DNA from: Promethearchaeota archaeon
Lineage (GTDB): Archaea; Asgardarchaeota; Lokiarchaeia; Sigyniarchaeales; SOKP01
Length of the DNA: 12,197 nucleotides
Assembly: GCA_011364925.1 (NCBI GenBank)
Contig: RDOA01000072.1
Coordinates: forward strand, 1 to 12,197
Direction: 5' to 3'
Position 1 is the stretch's first letter. Every line of letters starts with the position of its first letter. A model generated the notes under the pieces. The model was not told the origin of the DNA. It saw only the letters and a program-made list of their open reading frames with translations, and ran no database searches. The translations under genes were made by a program, and so were the position numbers. Of the stretch, positions 1 to 8,618 are shown piece after piece.

Positions 1-17
1 TGGGCGGATTCCCTTAA
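1..17 (+). CDS. Possible extreme 3' end of an upstream gene (...GGFP-stop)
   Basis: GGC GGA TTC CCT TAA at 3-17, followed by a 13-T tract. Too short to identify. Confidence 0.3.
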
Positions 18-30
18 AGCTTCAAATTTC

Positions 31-43
31 TTTTTTTTTTTTT
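31..43 (+). terminator. Oligo-T archaeal-type terminator
   Basis: 13 consecutive T in the intergenic region, converging with the end of the 96..1166 gene. Confidence 0.5.
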
Positions 44-95
44 ATTATTATAATTTTTGTAAAAAATAGTAGTTCAAATGCGTATTAAATTAATT

Positions 96-1166
96 TTATA
101 GCAGTAACTCCCAATTTATTTGGTTCTCCATTAGATCAAGAACTTCTTGAATTTCGTCTTCTTGTATCCCCGGTTTTAAGCGCTCTAAATTTCTTATTGT
201 AGTATACGTGTCTGATGGGCTTAAAATAATTGGAATCTTCTTTTCGTTAGCTATGTGGACAACTTTTTGGTCCGGTTGAATAAATCCCGTTAAAATTAAT
301 ACAGAGACATCCTCATTCAATGCTGCTAATGCAAGGTCTGTTCTATCTCCCCCTGTGATTACAGCAGCTTTTTTTACTTGCCTTAGGTATTTCAGTGCTG
401 CCTGTGCGTTCATAGCTCCGATAATAATCGTTTCTACTGTATTATTTAACCCCATTGAAGCTAAATCGTTAATTAGTTCACCTCCGATAGCTTCTAATAC
501 TTCCGATACTCGAGGTGAAAATAATTTAATGCTTCTTTCAATTATCCCTAATACTGGAATGTTATATCGATCGATATGGTTTTTTTGAAGCTCTTGAATT
601 CTAGGAATATATTCGAAATCAATATTATTAAAGATAATGGCCGATAGATTAACATCTCGAAATTCGAAGTAGTTTTTAGTAAAAAATATGTCGTCAATAC
701 ACTTATCAGAGGATTCAGAGCTAATGTATATCATATCCTTTATCCCTAGCGCTTTTGCAACACTCACATCATCAATACCAACTCTGATGAATTTTCTGAT
801 AGAAGGTGCTCCTTCAATTATGACATAATCAACATTTTGAGATACTTCTTGATATTTTGTCTTAATTTTATCGAGGTACTCAACTTTTTTGTCAGCATCA
901 ATTAAATCAATATAGTATGCTTCAGGAACGGAGATGGGACAAACGGACTCATATGGTCCCTTATCAAGATACACCGTTTTTAAAATAAAATCTATATCTT
1001 TATCTGATTTTTGACTAAATGCGCCTCTTGGACACCCAATTGGTTTAAAGTATGCAAATTTTTTACCTTCCTTTTTTAATTTCTGAATGAATCCAATAGA
1101 AAGAAAGCTTTTTCCCACTCGTTCTTTTAACGAGCACAAATACAATGCCTTTACCATTTTATTCAC
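96..1166 (-). CDS. Phosphotransacetylase N-terminal-like protein (BioD-like P-loop + DRTGG domain), without the Pta catalytic domain
   Basis: N-terminal RVGKS P-loop, YFKPIG, VIIEG and the DRTGG signature VITGGDRTDL...LILTG. It is 356 aa and lies immediately downstream of the ADP-forming acyl-CoA synthetase. Confidence 0.9.
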   Translation of the reverse strand: MNKMVKALYLCSLKERVGKSFLSIGFIQKLKKEGKKFAYFKPIGCPRGAFSQKSDKDIDFILKTVYLDKGPYESVCPISVPEAYYIDLIDADKKVEYLDKIKTKYQEVSQNVDYVIIEGAPSIRKFIRVGIDDVSVAKALGIKDMIYISSESSDKCIDDIFFTKNYFEFRDVNLSAIIFNNIDFEYIPRIQELQKNHIDRYNIPVLGIIERSIKLFSPRVSEVLEAIGGELINDLASMGLNNTVETIIIGAMNAQAALKYLRQVKKAAVITGGDRTDLALAALNEDVSVLILTGFIQPDQKVVHIANEKKIPIILSPSDTYTTIRNLERLKPGIQEDEIQEVLDLMENQINWELLL

Positions 1167-1210
1167 TTTATTACTCTTTTTTATTTATAATTATTACTGG
1201 AATTATTATA

Positions 1211-3379
1211 TTATCTTGATATTGTGATCTTTATATCTACTGCGCTATATCCCTTTACAAATGATAGAAGCGGATTGATATCTAATTCGACAATCTCGGG
1301 AAAATCGTTTACTAACTGAGAAAGTCTTAACAATACATCGATAATCGCGTCAATGTCTGACGCAGGTTCGCCTCTTACACCTTGTAGAAGACTGTGTATT
1401 TTCGTGTTTTGGATAAGTTTCTTCGCGCTCTCTTTAGAGAATTGATACGATAAAGCAAATGAAACATCTTTCATAAAGTTCGCGTAAATCCCTCCTGTTC
1501 CGAACATGATTAATGGTCCAAATTGTGGATCTTTAGACATGCCCATAATAATTTCGTTTACCTTCGGTTCCTTCTTAAAGTCGATCATTTGTTGAACTTC
1601 TACACCATAGATTCGAGCGTTCTGAGGTCCAAACTTTTTTGCATTGTTTACGATCTGTACGTATGCTTCAAACGCGTCTCGCTCCGATTCGATATTTAGA
1701 ATTATACCCCCAACGTCTGTTTTATGAATTATTTGAGGGCTTACGATCTTTAATACAGATTTCCCTACTTCATTCTGTAATTCAGCTGCTTGGGCTGGCG
1801 TTCTTGCTAATTTAGATTTGGGCGAATGGATGCCATAGTTTTCGAAAATTTCGCTCGTTTCATAACTGAGCAGCACAGTTCTTCCCTCATTTCGTACGTT
1901 ATCGAATATTTCCTTAACTCTTTCTTTTTTAACAGAAAACTTTGGAATTTCAGTCTCCTCGTATGGTTCTCTACTTGAAAATTCGTTGATTTTAACCATT
2001 GCTTTAAGAGTTTGAGCTGCTCGTTCGGGAAATCGATAGCAAGGAATCCGGTTTTGTTGTAAATACTTGGTTGCTTCAACCATAGAAACCCCACCAACTA
2101 ATGCACACACGATTGGTTTATCTGATAAAGACTCTGACGATATTCTATAAATTAATTTAGCGACATCGTTTGGCCGAGTTTGAGCTTGCGGGCTCATGAT
2201 TATAAGGGCTCCGTAAGTAGTTATGTCATCTTCCTCAATAATTTCGGAATGCTCATCGTTGTTTAACCCAAAAATAGTTTTTATGGTAAACTCGTATCTA
2301 TCAGGCGAAGCATCCCCAACGATATCGATAGGATTAAATATTGCTGCCTCTGCTGGTAAGTTTTTACGAAGCAAGTGGAGTATGGGTTCTGAGAACTGAG
2401 CAAATTTGAGGCCTTCTCGCTCAAACGCATCGGTACTTACGATACCAGGCCCTCCCGCGTTGGTAATAATCGCAAATGAATTTCTTTTTGGTACTGGTTG
2501 AAATAATAAGATTTCTCCAAAATCAAATAAATCTGCTATTGAACAAGCTCTTAAAACTCCACATTTTTCAAACGCTAAATCGTAAGCTATATCAGAACCA
2601 GCTAAAGCGCCCGTGTGACTTGACGCTGCTCTAGCTCCTGCTTCGCTAACTCCCGATTTCAGGATTATTATTGGCTTTTTTCGAGATACTCTGGAGACTA
2701 CTTCCAAAAATTTTTTGCCGTCCTCAATACTTTCTAAATAACACAATATAACTTTAGTATTTGAATCATGGGCTAGGTGTTCAATAAAGTCAACCTCATC
2801 CATGTCAGCTTTATTACCTAAGCTAATATTGCACGAAAATCCAAAAGCTTGATCCATCGAGTAGTCCATCATTGCCGTTAACATTGCCCCAGATTGAGAT
2901 ATCATCGCGATTTCTCCTTCTTTTGGCGTGTTTGCGGCAAAAGAACCGTTGTAGTTGATCCCTATGAACCCAAGACAATTTGGTCCTATAATCCTCATGT
3001 TATGCTTCTTAGCAATTTCAATCAATTCTAGTTCGCGTTTTACACCTTCTCCACCGATCTCTTTAAAGCCAGCGGTAATAACAACTAACCCTTTTATTCT
3101 TTTTTTACCACATTCTTCTGCAATTTGATTAACTAATTTTGCGGGGACGACAAATATCGCGATATCAATTTCCTCTGGAACATCTAACACGCTCTTGTAA
3201 GCTTTGATACCTAGTATCTCATTCGCTTTAGGATTAATAGGAAATAATTTTCCAGAATATTTCGACTCAATAATATTTTTTAAGACATTATATCCCACTT
3301 TGCCCGGAGTTCCGCTCGCTCCAACGACTGCAATGCTTTCTGGGTTAAAGAAGAAAGAGAGATCGCTATGTTTTACCAT
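1211..3379 (-). CDS. acdA: Acetate/acyl-CoA ligase (ADP-forming), fused alpha-beta
   Basis: CoA-binding FFNPESIAVVGAS, IIGPNCLG, SQSGA, SLGNKAD, phospho-His motif ASSHTGALAG and TNAGGPG. C-terminal ATP-grasp with IIHKTDVGG, DPQFGP and ELDINPL. Confidence 0.93.
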   Translation of the reverse strand: MVKHSDLSFFFNPESIAVVGASGTPGKVGYNVLKNIIESKYSGKLFPINPKANEILGIKAYKSVLDVPEEIDIAIFVVPAKLVNQIAEECGKKRIKGLVVITAGFKEIGGEGVKRELELIEIAKKHNMRIIGPNCLGFIGINYNGSFAANTPKEGEIAMISQSGAMLTAMMDYSMDQAFGFSCNISLGNKADMDEVDFIEHLAHDSNTKVILCYLESIEDGKKFLEVVSRVSRKKPIIILKSGVSEAGARAASSHTGALAGSDIAYDLAFEKCGVLRACSIADLFDFGEILLFQPVPKRNSFAIITNAGGPGIVSTDAFEREGLKFAQFSEPILHLLRKNLPAEAAIFNPIDIVGDASPDRYEFTIKTIFGLNNDEHSEIIEEDDITTYGALIIMSPQAQTRPNDVAKLIYRISSESLSDKPIVCALVGGVSMVEATKYLQQNRIPCYRFPERAAQTLKAMVKINEFSSREPYEETEIPKFSVKKERVKEIFDNVRNEGRTVLLSYETSEIFENYGIHSPKSKLARTPAQAAELQNEVGKSVLKIVSPQIIHKTDVGGIILNIESERDAFEAYVQIVNNAKKFGPQNARIYGVEVQQMIDFKKEPKVNEIIMGMSKDPQFGPLIMFGTGGIYANFMKDVSFALSYQFSKESAKKLIQNTKIHSLLQGVRGEPASDIDAIIDVLLRLSQLVNDFPEIVELDINPLLSFVKGYSAVDIKITISR

Positions 3380-3501
3380 CTTTAATTTGACGCAAGATGA
3401 ATTTAACTTAAGTTCTTACAGACTTTTATTACCATTAGCTTAAAAGTTTTTATATTTTGGAACAAAAATAGAATCTTTAATTAAACTGAATGATATTATT
3501 G

Positions 3502-3519
3502 AAAAAACCGAGGTTTTTT
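3502..3519. promoter_or_regulatory. Inverted repeat in the divergent acd/cyclophilin promoter region
   Basis: AAAAAACC-GA-GGTTTTTT, flanked by AATGAT (3489-3494) and ATCATT (3521-3526). Confidence 0.35.
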
Positions 3520-3544
3520 TATCATTACGCATTAGATCACTATT

Positions 3545-4021
3545 ATGACAATAGTAAAAATGATAACTACTAAGGGAGATATTAACCTCCAACTATTCGA
3601 TAATGAGGCTCCACTAACGGTTTCGAGCTTTTTGTTTTTAATTAAAGAGGGATTTTACAATGGATTGACTTTCCATCGCGTCATAGCCGATTTTATGATT
3701 CAAGGTGGCGATCCACTAGGAAATGGTACAGGAGGTCCACGATCAGTTGGTATAAACTCGTTTCCATTTCAAGGACGACAAGTGTCGTACCCATACGCAG
3801 ATGAGTTTCAATCTGGAAAAGTGTTTAATAAATCAGGAATTTTAGCAATGGCAAACGCCGGAGCAGGTACGAATGGTTCGCAATTTTTCATAACACACGT
3901 ACCCACTCCACACTTGAATAATAGGCATACAATATTCGGAGAAGTCGTAAGTCGCGCCGATCAAACTGTAGTGGACGCGATACGACAAGGAGATAAGATA
4001 AAGGCTATTGAAATTATTTAA
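3545..4021 (+). CDS. Cyclophilin-type peptidyl-prolyl cis-trans isomerase
   Basis: FYNGLTFHRVIADFMIQGGDP, LAMANAG, TNGSQFFIT and HLNNRHTIFGEV. Confidence 0.97.
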   Translation: MTIVKMITTKGDINLQLFDNEAPLTVSSFLFLIKEGFYNGLTFHRVIADFMIQGGDPLGNGTGGPRSVGINSFPFQGRQVSYPYADEFQSGKVFNKSGILAMANAGAGTNGSQFFITHVPTPHLNNRHTIFGEVVSRADQTVVDAIRQGDKIKAIEII

Positions 4022-4052
4022 ATTAGTTGGTTATAATCAGACACTGATAAAA

Positions 4053-4068
4053 TTTTTCCTTTTTTTTT
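4053..4068 (+). terminator. Oligo-T terminator after the cyclophilin
   Basis: TTTTTCCTTTTTTTTT about 30-45 nt after the stop codon. Confidence 0.45.
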
Positions 4069-4102
4069 ATCTTTACATTTGAGTTAGTGTAGATTTATAT
4101 TA

Positions 4103-4249
4103 TTAATCTTCATCGTCGTCCCATTCGCCGTCGTTATAGTCGTCCCAATCTTCGTCCTCTTCATTATCGAAGTCATCATCATAATCGTCGTCATCGTCGT
4201 CGAAATCTTCTCTAGCTTCATATAAATCGTGTAATTTTATATCTTCCAT
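4103..4249 (-). CDS. 48-aa hyper-acidic microprotein, not in the ORF track
   Basis: Manual translation gives MEDIKLHDLYEAREDFDDDDDDYDDDFDNEEDEDWDDYNDGEWDDDED, ending in tandem TAA TAA. AAGGAG lies 9 nt upstream of the ATG. GAT/GAC codons are mixed rather than a pure triplet run. Confidence 0.75.
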   Translation of the reverse strand: MEDIKLHDLYEAREDFDDDDDDYDDDFDNEEDEDWDDYNDGEWDDDED

Positions 4250-4419
4250 AATAATCAACTCCTTGTTAGATCATTTAAGAAATTATATTTAACCTTTTTT
4301 AATCAAAGTATATTATTTGAATTACAAATCTTGAATGTTTTTTAAAGATTACGATCAAAAGATTTATTAGCTACTGCCTTTATTAATAATTCAAAATAGA
4401 ACTTTAGGTTGCTTTCAAA

Positions 4420-5874
4420 ATGAGTAAAGAATTAAAGGATTTAATAGATTCCATTGATTCGGCGAATAAGGCGCACTCTGACTTAGAAACGATGATTAAG
4501 TTTTTAAAGGAGGAAGTTCAGCGTCTTACTTTTACTGTTGATGAACAAAAGAAAATTATTCAAAACCAAAAATCACAGATTTCTAACTACACTATTCCTG
4601 AAGATATTGCTGTTTTAAAAGATTTAGTAGCAGATCAACGTCAAGATTTAATTAAAAAGGATAAAGACATCGAAATCCTTCAGCAAACTATCGCTGATAT
4701 CTCTACGGAATTGGAAAACGCTCAAAGTTTCGAAGAGGAAAGCGAAGAACTCATTTACGCCAATAAAGAAATTGTCCACCTCACTGAAGAAAATGAATCG
4801 TATAAGAAACAAGTTGAGGATTTACGCAACGCAATAAAGGAACTTCAGGAAGCAAAAGAAGCTACAGTAACTTCAATCGACGAAGAAAGTTCCGAATTAG
4901 TAGACGCCAAAAAATTAATAATTAAATTGACGGAGGAAAACAGTATCGACCGAGTTCAAATAGAAGCTTCAAAGCACGAAATCGAGGAGTTACAAAAAAG
5001 ACAGCAAGAAAGTGAAGAGTTAAAAAACCAATATTTACAAGAACTTAACGAGATAAATAAAATTGTAGATCAGTTGACATTTGACAACGATCAATATCAT
5101 GAAAAAGTTAATTATCTTCAGCGAAAATTAGAAGAAACCGTAAGTTTGCAAGAAGAGCAATTTAAAGAAATTGGAGCAGGTTCTGACTATGAAGAAAATA
5201 ACCAGAAGTTATTTAATCTCGAAGTTGAAAATAATGAGTTAAAGGATATCATAAAAACAAATATTAACATTATAGAAAACCTAAAACAACGGACTCAAGA
5301 CCTTGAAAATGAATTAGAAGGGATAGTTAAAAGTGAAGACCAGAAAATAGAAGCGCTTCGAAAAAAAACTTTAGAAAAAGACGAGGAGTTGAGCAATTTG
5401 AACCTTAAACTGCAAAAAGTCGAGGCGGCTAATGAACAACTAAGCGATTTAATTGTAGAACTAAAGATTATAGAGGATTCTATAGAAGACCACATCCAGA
5501 TTAAACCTATTCCTAAGCAAACCATATTTGAACCCTATCCACCTACATTATTCTTTAAAATGTATAAGTTGCTCTCTGAAGATTACAAAAATTTAATCGT
5601 AAACCAATTGATCGACGATTTAAAAAGCAATAATAGAGATTCTAGAACATACGCGATCAAAATTTTAAGCGCGATCAAAGGAGAAAAAATATTTAATGAA
5701 TTGAAAGAACTGGTTAATGACGACGATTGGATCGTTAAACTTTACTTAATAAGAGCATTGCGCAATTTTGAATATTCCGAATCGGCCGAAATTTTAAAGA
5801 AACTTCGAGAGGATAAAGATCCTGATGTTCGAGAAGCAGCTGTCGGGATGCTTTCGAAGTTAAATATCCAATAA
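4420..5874 (+). CDS. Long acidic coiled-coil protein with C-terminal HEAT (PBS-lyase-like) repeats
   Basis: About 350 aa of E/K/Q/L heptads, a Pro-rich linker (KPIPK...PYPP), then HEAT motifs SRTYAIKILS, DDDWIVKLYLIRAL and DKDPDVREAAVGML. Confidence 0.85.
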   Translation: MSKELKDLIDSIDSANKAHSDLETMIKFLKEEVQRLTFTVDEQKKIIQNQKSQISNYTIPEDIAVLKDLVADQRQDLIKKDKDIEILQQTIADISTELENAQSFEEESEELIYANKEIVHLTEENESYKKQVEDLRNAIKELQEAKEATVTSIDEESSELVDAKKLIIKLTEENSIDRVQIEASKHEIEELQKRQQESEELKNQYLQELNEINKIVDQLTFDNDQYHEKVNYLQRKLEETVSLQEEQFKEIGAGSDYEENNQKLFNLEVENNELKDIIKTNINIIENLKQRTQDLENELEGIVKSEDQKIEALRKKTLEKDEELSNLNLKLQKVEAANEQLSDLIVELKIIEDSIEDHIQIKPIPKQTIFEPYPPTLFFKMYKLLSEDYKNLIVNQLIDDLKSNNRDSRTYAIKILSAIKGEKIFNELKELVNDDDWIVKLYLIRALRNFEYSESAEILKKLREDKDPDVREAAVGMLSKLNIQ

Positions 5875-5997
5875 TCCTGCTCTATTAACAAGTTAATATT
5901 ATTTTTAAAAAAATGTTATATATCTACTTAAACGAAACAATAATTAAGGATAAGGTATAAGTGTACTTTCTATCTGATCTAAATTATTTTTGTGTGA

Positions 5998-6267
5998 TTG
6001 AGTAGCGTGGTAAGGGAACTAACTCCTAATAGATGGAATTGGTCTCAAAAAGATAATATGTGGGTCTTTATTGAGTGTAAAGCTGACGGTGATTTAACTT
6101 ATTACTATCAAATGGATCCTCCCGAAGAATTTAATGAATTAACCTATAAAATCAAGATTTTAAACGATAAATTAATGGCGTGCACTGATCCTAACGAAAA
6201 CGCAAAAATTTTTCGGCAGATGATAAAGATATCCAAAAGACTGCAGTGTATGGATCGAATTTGCTAA
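5998..6267 (+). CDS. Hypothetical protein (89 aa)
   Basis: TTG-start ORF filling the intergenic gap, with protein-like composition. No family recognised and the start is uncertain. Confidence 0.65.
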   Translation: MSSVVRELTPNRWNWSQKDNMWVFIECKADGDLTYYYQMDPPEEFNELTYKIKILNDKLMACTDPNENAKIFRQMIKISKRLQCMDRIC

Positions 6268-6439
6268 TGATATTGCTCCTATAATCTCTTTTTCTGAAAT
6301 AATATATTATTAATAAATTAACGAATTTCTTATCAATGATAATCAATTCTTTTCTATCATTTACAGATAGAAATCTCAAGATTTTATATCCATTATTGAA
6401 TAATTTTCATAATAGCATAGTAATTAAAGGGAATGGTTA

Positions 6440-7243
6440 ATGAAGATAGCGATTTCTGGCAAAGGCGGGGTTGGCAAGACATTGATTGCTGGCACTATAG
6501 CTCGACTATTCGCTAAGGATGGTTTTAAGGTATTAGCGATTGATAATGATTCAGCTATGAACTTGAGTTATACTCTTGGCATTGAAGAAGAAGTTAAATC
6601 AAAGATCGTTCCAATTTCAGAAATGAAGAATCTGATTCAGGAACGCACGGTTGTTGAAGGAGCTGGGCCTGGGGTTTACAATATTAATCCTGAAGTGTCT
6701 GATATTCCCGATAGATTCAAAGTCACAGGTCCAGATGGTCTACAACTATTAGTTTTAGGAGGCATAGAAGAGCCTGCTACAGGGTGTTTATGCCCCGAAA
6801 ATGCGTTGATAAGAACTTTACTCTATAATCTTTTTGTGAAACGAGATGAGGTTATTGTCGTAGATTTTGAGGCAGGATTAGAACATTTGGGACGCGGAAC
6901 TGCTAAAGGAATAGATGTAATGCTAGTAGTAACTGAACCATCGCAAAAATCTTTAGATCTCTGCTCGAAGATAATTGAACTGTCAAAGAAACTAGGAATA
7001 ATCAACATTTATCTTATCGCTAACAAAATAATGGATGAATCGCAATTAGATGCGATCAACGATCGGATTAAAACTTGGAAAGTTCCGTTGTATCACTCTA
7101 TCCCTTTCGATCTTGAAATTGGTAAAGCAGACTTAAATGGCATATCTCCTCTGGATTTTAATTCTAATTCAAAAGCTTTAAACTCAATTAAAGGGCTTTT
7201 TGAGAAGTTAAAGCAACTTAAATTAGAGTTGTTTGATCTATAA
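6440..7243 (+). CDS. cooC: CooC-type nickel-insertion ATPase (CODH/ACS maturation, MinD/SIMIBI class)
   Basis: KIAISGKGGVGKT deviant Walker A, Ni-binding GCLCPE CxC motif, DFEAGLEHLGRGT and ANKI. Confidence 0.92.
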   Translation: MKIAISGKGGVGKTLIAGTIARLFAKDGFKVLAIDNDSAMNLSYTLGIEEEVKSKIVPISEMKNLIQERTVVEGAGPGVYNINPEVSDIPDRFKVTGPDGLQLLVLGGIEEPATGCLCPENALIRTLLYNLFVKRDEVIVVDFEAGLEHLGRGTAKGIDVMLVVTEPSQKSLDLCSKIIELSKKLGIINIYLIANKIMDESQLDAINDRIKTWKVPLYHSIPFDLEIGKADLNGISPLDFNSNSKALNSIKGLFEKLKQLKLELFDL

Positions 7244-7395
7244 ATTGCGATTTAGTTATTCTTTTATTCTTATTCCTTAAGGTTAAGACAATATATATAG
7301 ACTATATATCTAAACAATATATAAGCTATTTTTCTTTCTAGGATTGGAGAAATCCACAAATTATGGAAATTACTAAAAGGAGGGATGATATCAAG

Positions 7396-7581
7396 ATGGT
7401 GAAGAAAAAAGAGAATTTACTAGTCTTAGGAATGATAAGCTTGATTATAGCGTTTATCTTTAATATGTTCGGTACTGCGAACTTAGTTCTTGATGTCGTT
7501 ATCTTAGTCTTTATTGCTATTGCTATATTCTCTAACGCAAGTTACTTAGTTCTATCATCTACTAAAAATAAGAAAAAGTAG
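7396..7581 (+). CDS. Small two-TM membrane protein
   Basis: Two hydrophobic segments with Lys-rich ends. ATG 7396 is preferred over 7363 because AGGAGG precedes it. Confidence 0.65.
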   Translation: MVKKKENLLVLGMISLIIAFIFNMFGTANLVLDVVILVFIAIAIFSNASYLVLSSTKNKKK

Positions 7582-7604
7582 TTTTTTTTCTTTAAACAAA
7601 AATC

Positions 7605-7847
7605 CTATAGCATATCAGATAAATCTAAACTCTGGTCATCCGCAACTTCTTTCCACTGTTCAATGGCTTCTAATGCGTCTTTCTCCTCCATTTGCTCAAT
7701 CGCGTAACCAGCATGGACAATAACGTACTTTCCTATTTCTGGTTTTAGAATTAAAGCAACGATAACTTCCTGTTGTATTCCATCAAAATCAACTAAAGCA
7801 GTATTTCCATTGATCTTTACGATTTTACCGGGAATTGCGAGACACAT
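7605..7847 (-). CDS. hypC: [NiFe]-hydrogenase maturation chaperone HypC/HupF
   Basis: MCLAIPGKI N-terminus and YVIVHAGYAI motif. Confidence 0.96.
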   Translation of the reverse strand: MCLAIPGKIVKINGNTALVDFDGIQQEVIVALILKPEIGKYVIVHAGYAIEQMEEKDALEAIEQWKEVADDQSLDLSDML

Positions 7848-8000
7848 TTTACCTTAGGCGAAAGAAAATTAACTGTGTTTTGTAATGTTCTAGCCTAAAA
7901 AAAATTATTGATTATTTTTTTATCGTAATGAGTGATAGTAAATCCTTTATATAAGTTATCCAATACTTTATCATAACAATTAATATTATTGTGTTTACGC

Positions 8001-8552
8001 ATGTTTTTAGAAAAATTGAAAAAATCTCCTAGTGATTTAATCCTTTTAATCGTAGCAGCAATAGGGATTGTAATTCTATTAACGGTCAATATCTTTATTT
8101 TTGAACCTCTAGCAAAAGCTGTCTATTTCTATGGAATCTTGGATTTTGAATTTGCGTGGACCAAAGGACAAGCTTTAACAATCTTAACAACATGGGGGCC
8201 TTTAGGGAGCGCATTAGAAATACAGGGCGTCTACTGGGATTTTCTTTACATCTTTGGATATGCAGTCCCTCTTTTTGCCTTGATCTTGTTTTTATCGAGG
8301 AAATTTGAAAATCGAATAGTAACAATCGGACTTTACATGAGCCTAACACCTGTTATAGCAGGAATCTTTGATTTTATTGAAAATGTTAACTTATTAATCA
8401 TGCTTAACGATACTCCGAACTTTGCATCGGTCGTACCGCTGCTTGCTTCAATATCAGCAACTATTAAATTCGGATTTTTACTAGTTGGGGCAATTTTCTT
8501 CTTAATAGCGATTGGATTATTTATCTTCCAGAAGCTGAAAAAAAAAAATTAA
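8001..8552 (+). CDS. Hypothetical integral membrane protein (about 4-5 TM)
   Basis: Hydrophobic helices with DFLYIFGY and FDFIEN motifs. ATG 8001 is preferred over TTG 7989. Confidence 0.8.
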   Translation: MFLEKLKKSPSDLILLIVAAIGIVILLTVNIFIFEPLAKAVYFYGILDFEFAWTKGQALTILTTWGPLGSALEIQGVYWDFLYIFGYAVPLFALILFLSRKFENRIVTIGLYMSLTPVIAGIFDFIENVNLLIMLNDTPNFASVVPLLASISATIKFGFLLVGAIFFLIAIGLFIFQKLKKKN

Positions 8553-8618
8553 GAACTTTTTTCTATTCTTCTATTATGAAAAGTAGACATGGATAAGTTT
8601 AAATTAATATAGCACTCA

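Noticed and set aside
1-30. tRNA or ncRNA end at the window start
   Set aside because: No T-loop or acceptor stem is visible, and a CDS end is at least as plausible.
4103-4210. GTC/ATC microsatellite
   Set aside because: Explained by Asp codons of the minus-strand microprotein.
4420-5874. SMC/Rad50 annotation for the coiled-coil protein
   Set aside because: No Walker A/B, hinge or zinc-hook motif.
6440-7243. MinD/ParA or NifH call
   Set aside because: The CxC motif and EAGLEHLGRGT are diagnostic of CooC.
7293-7309. ATATATAG-A-CTATATAT palindrome
   Set aside because: Low-complexity AT dinucleotide sequence, more simply a TATA-region feature or chance.
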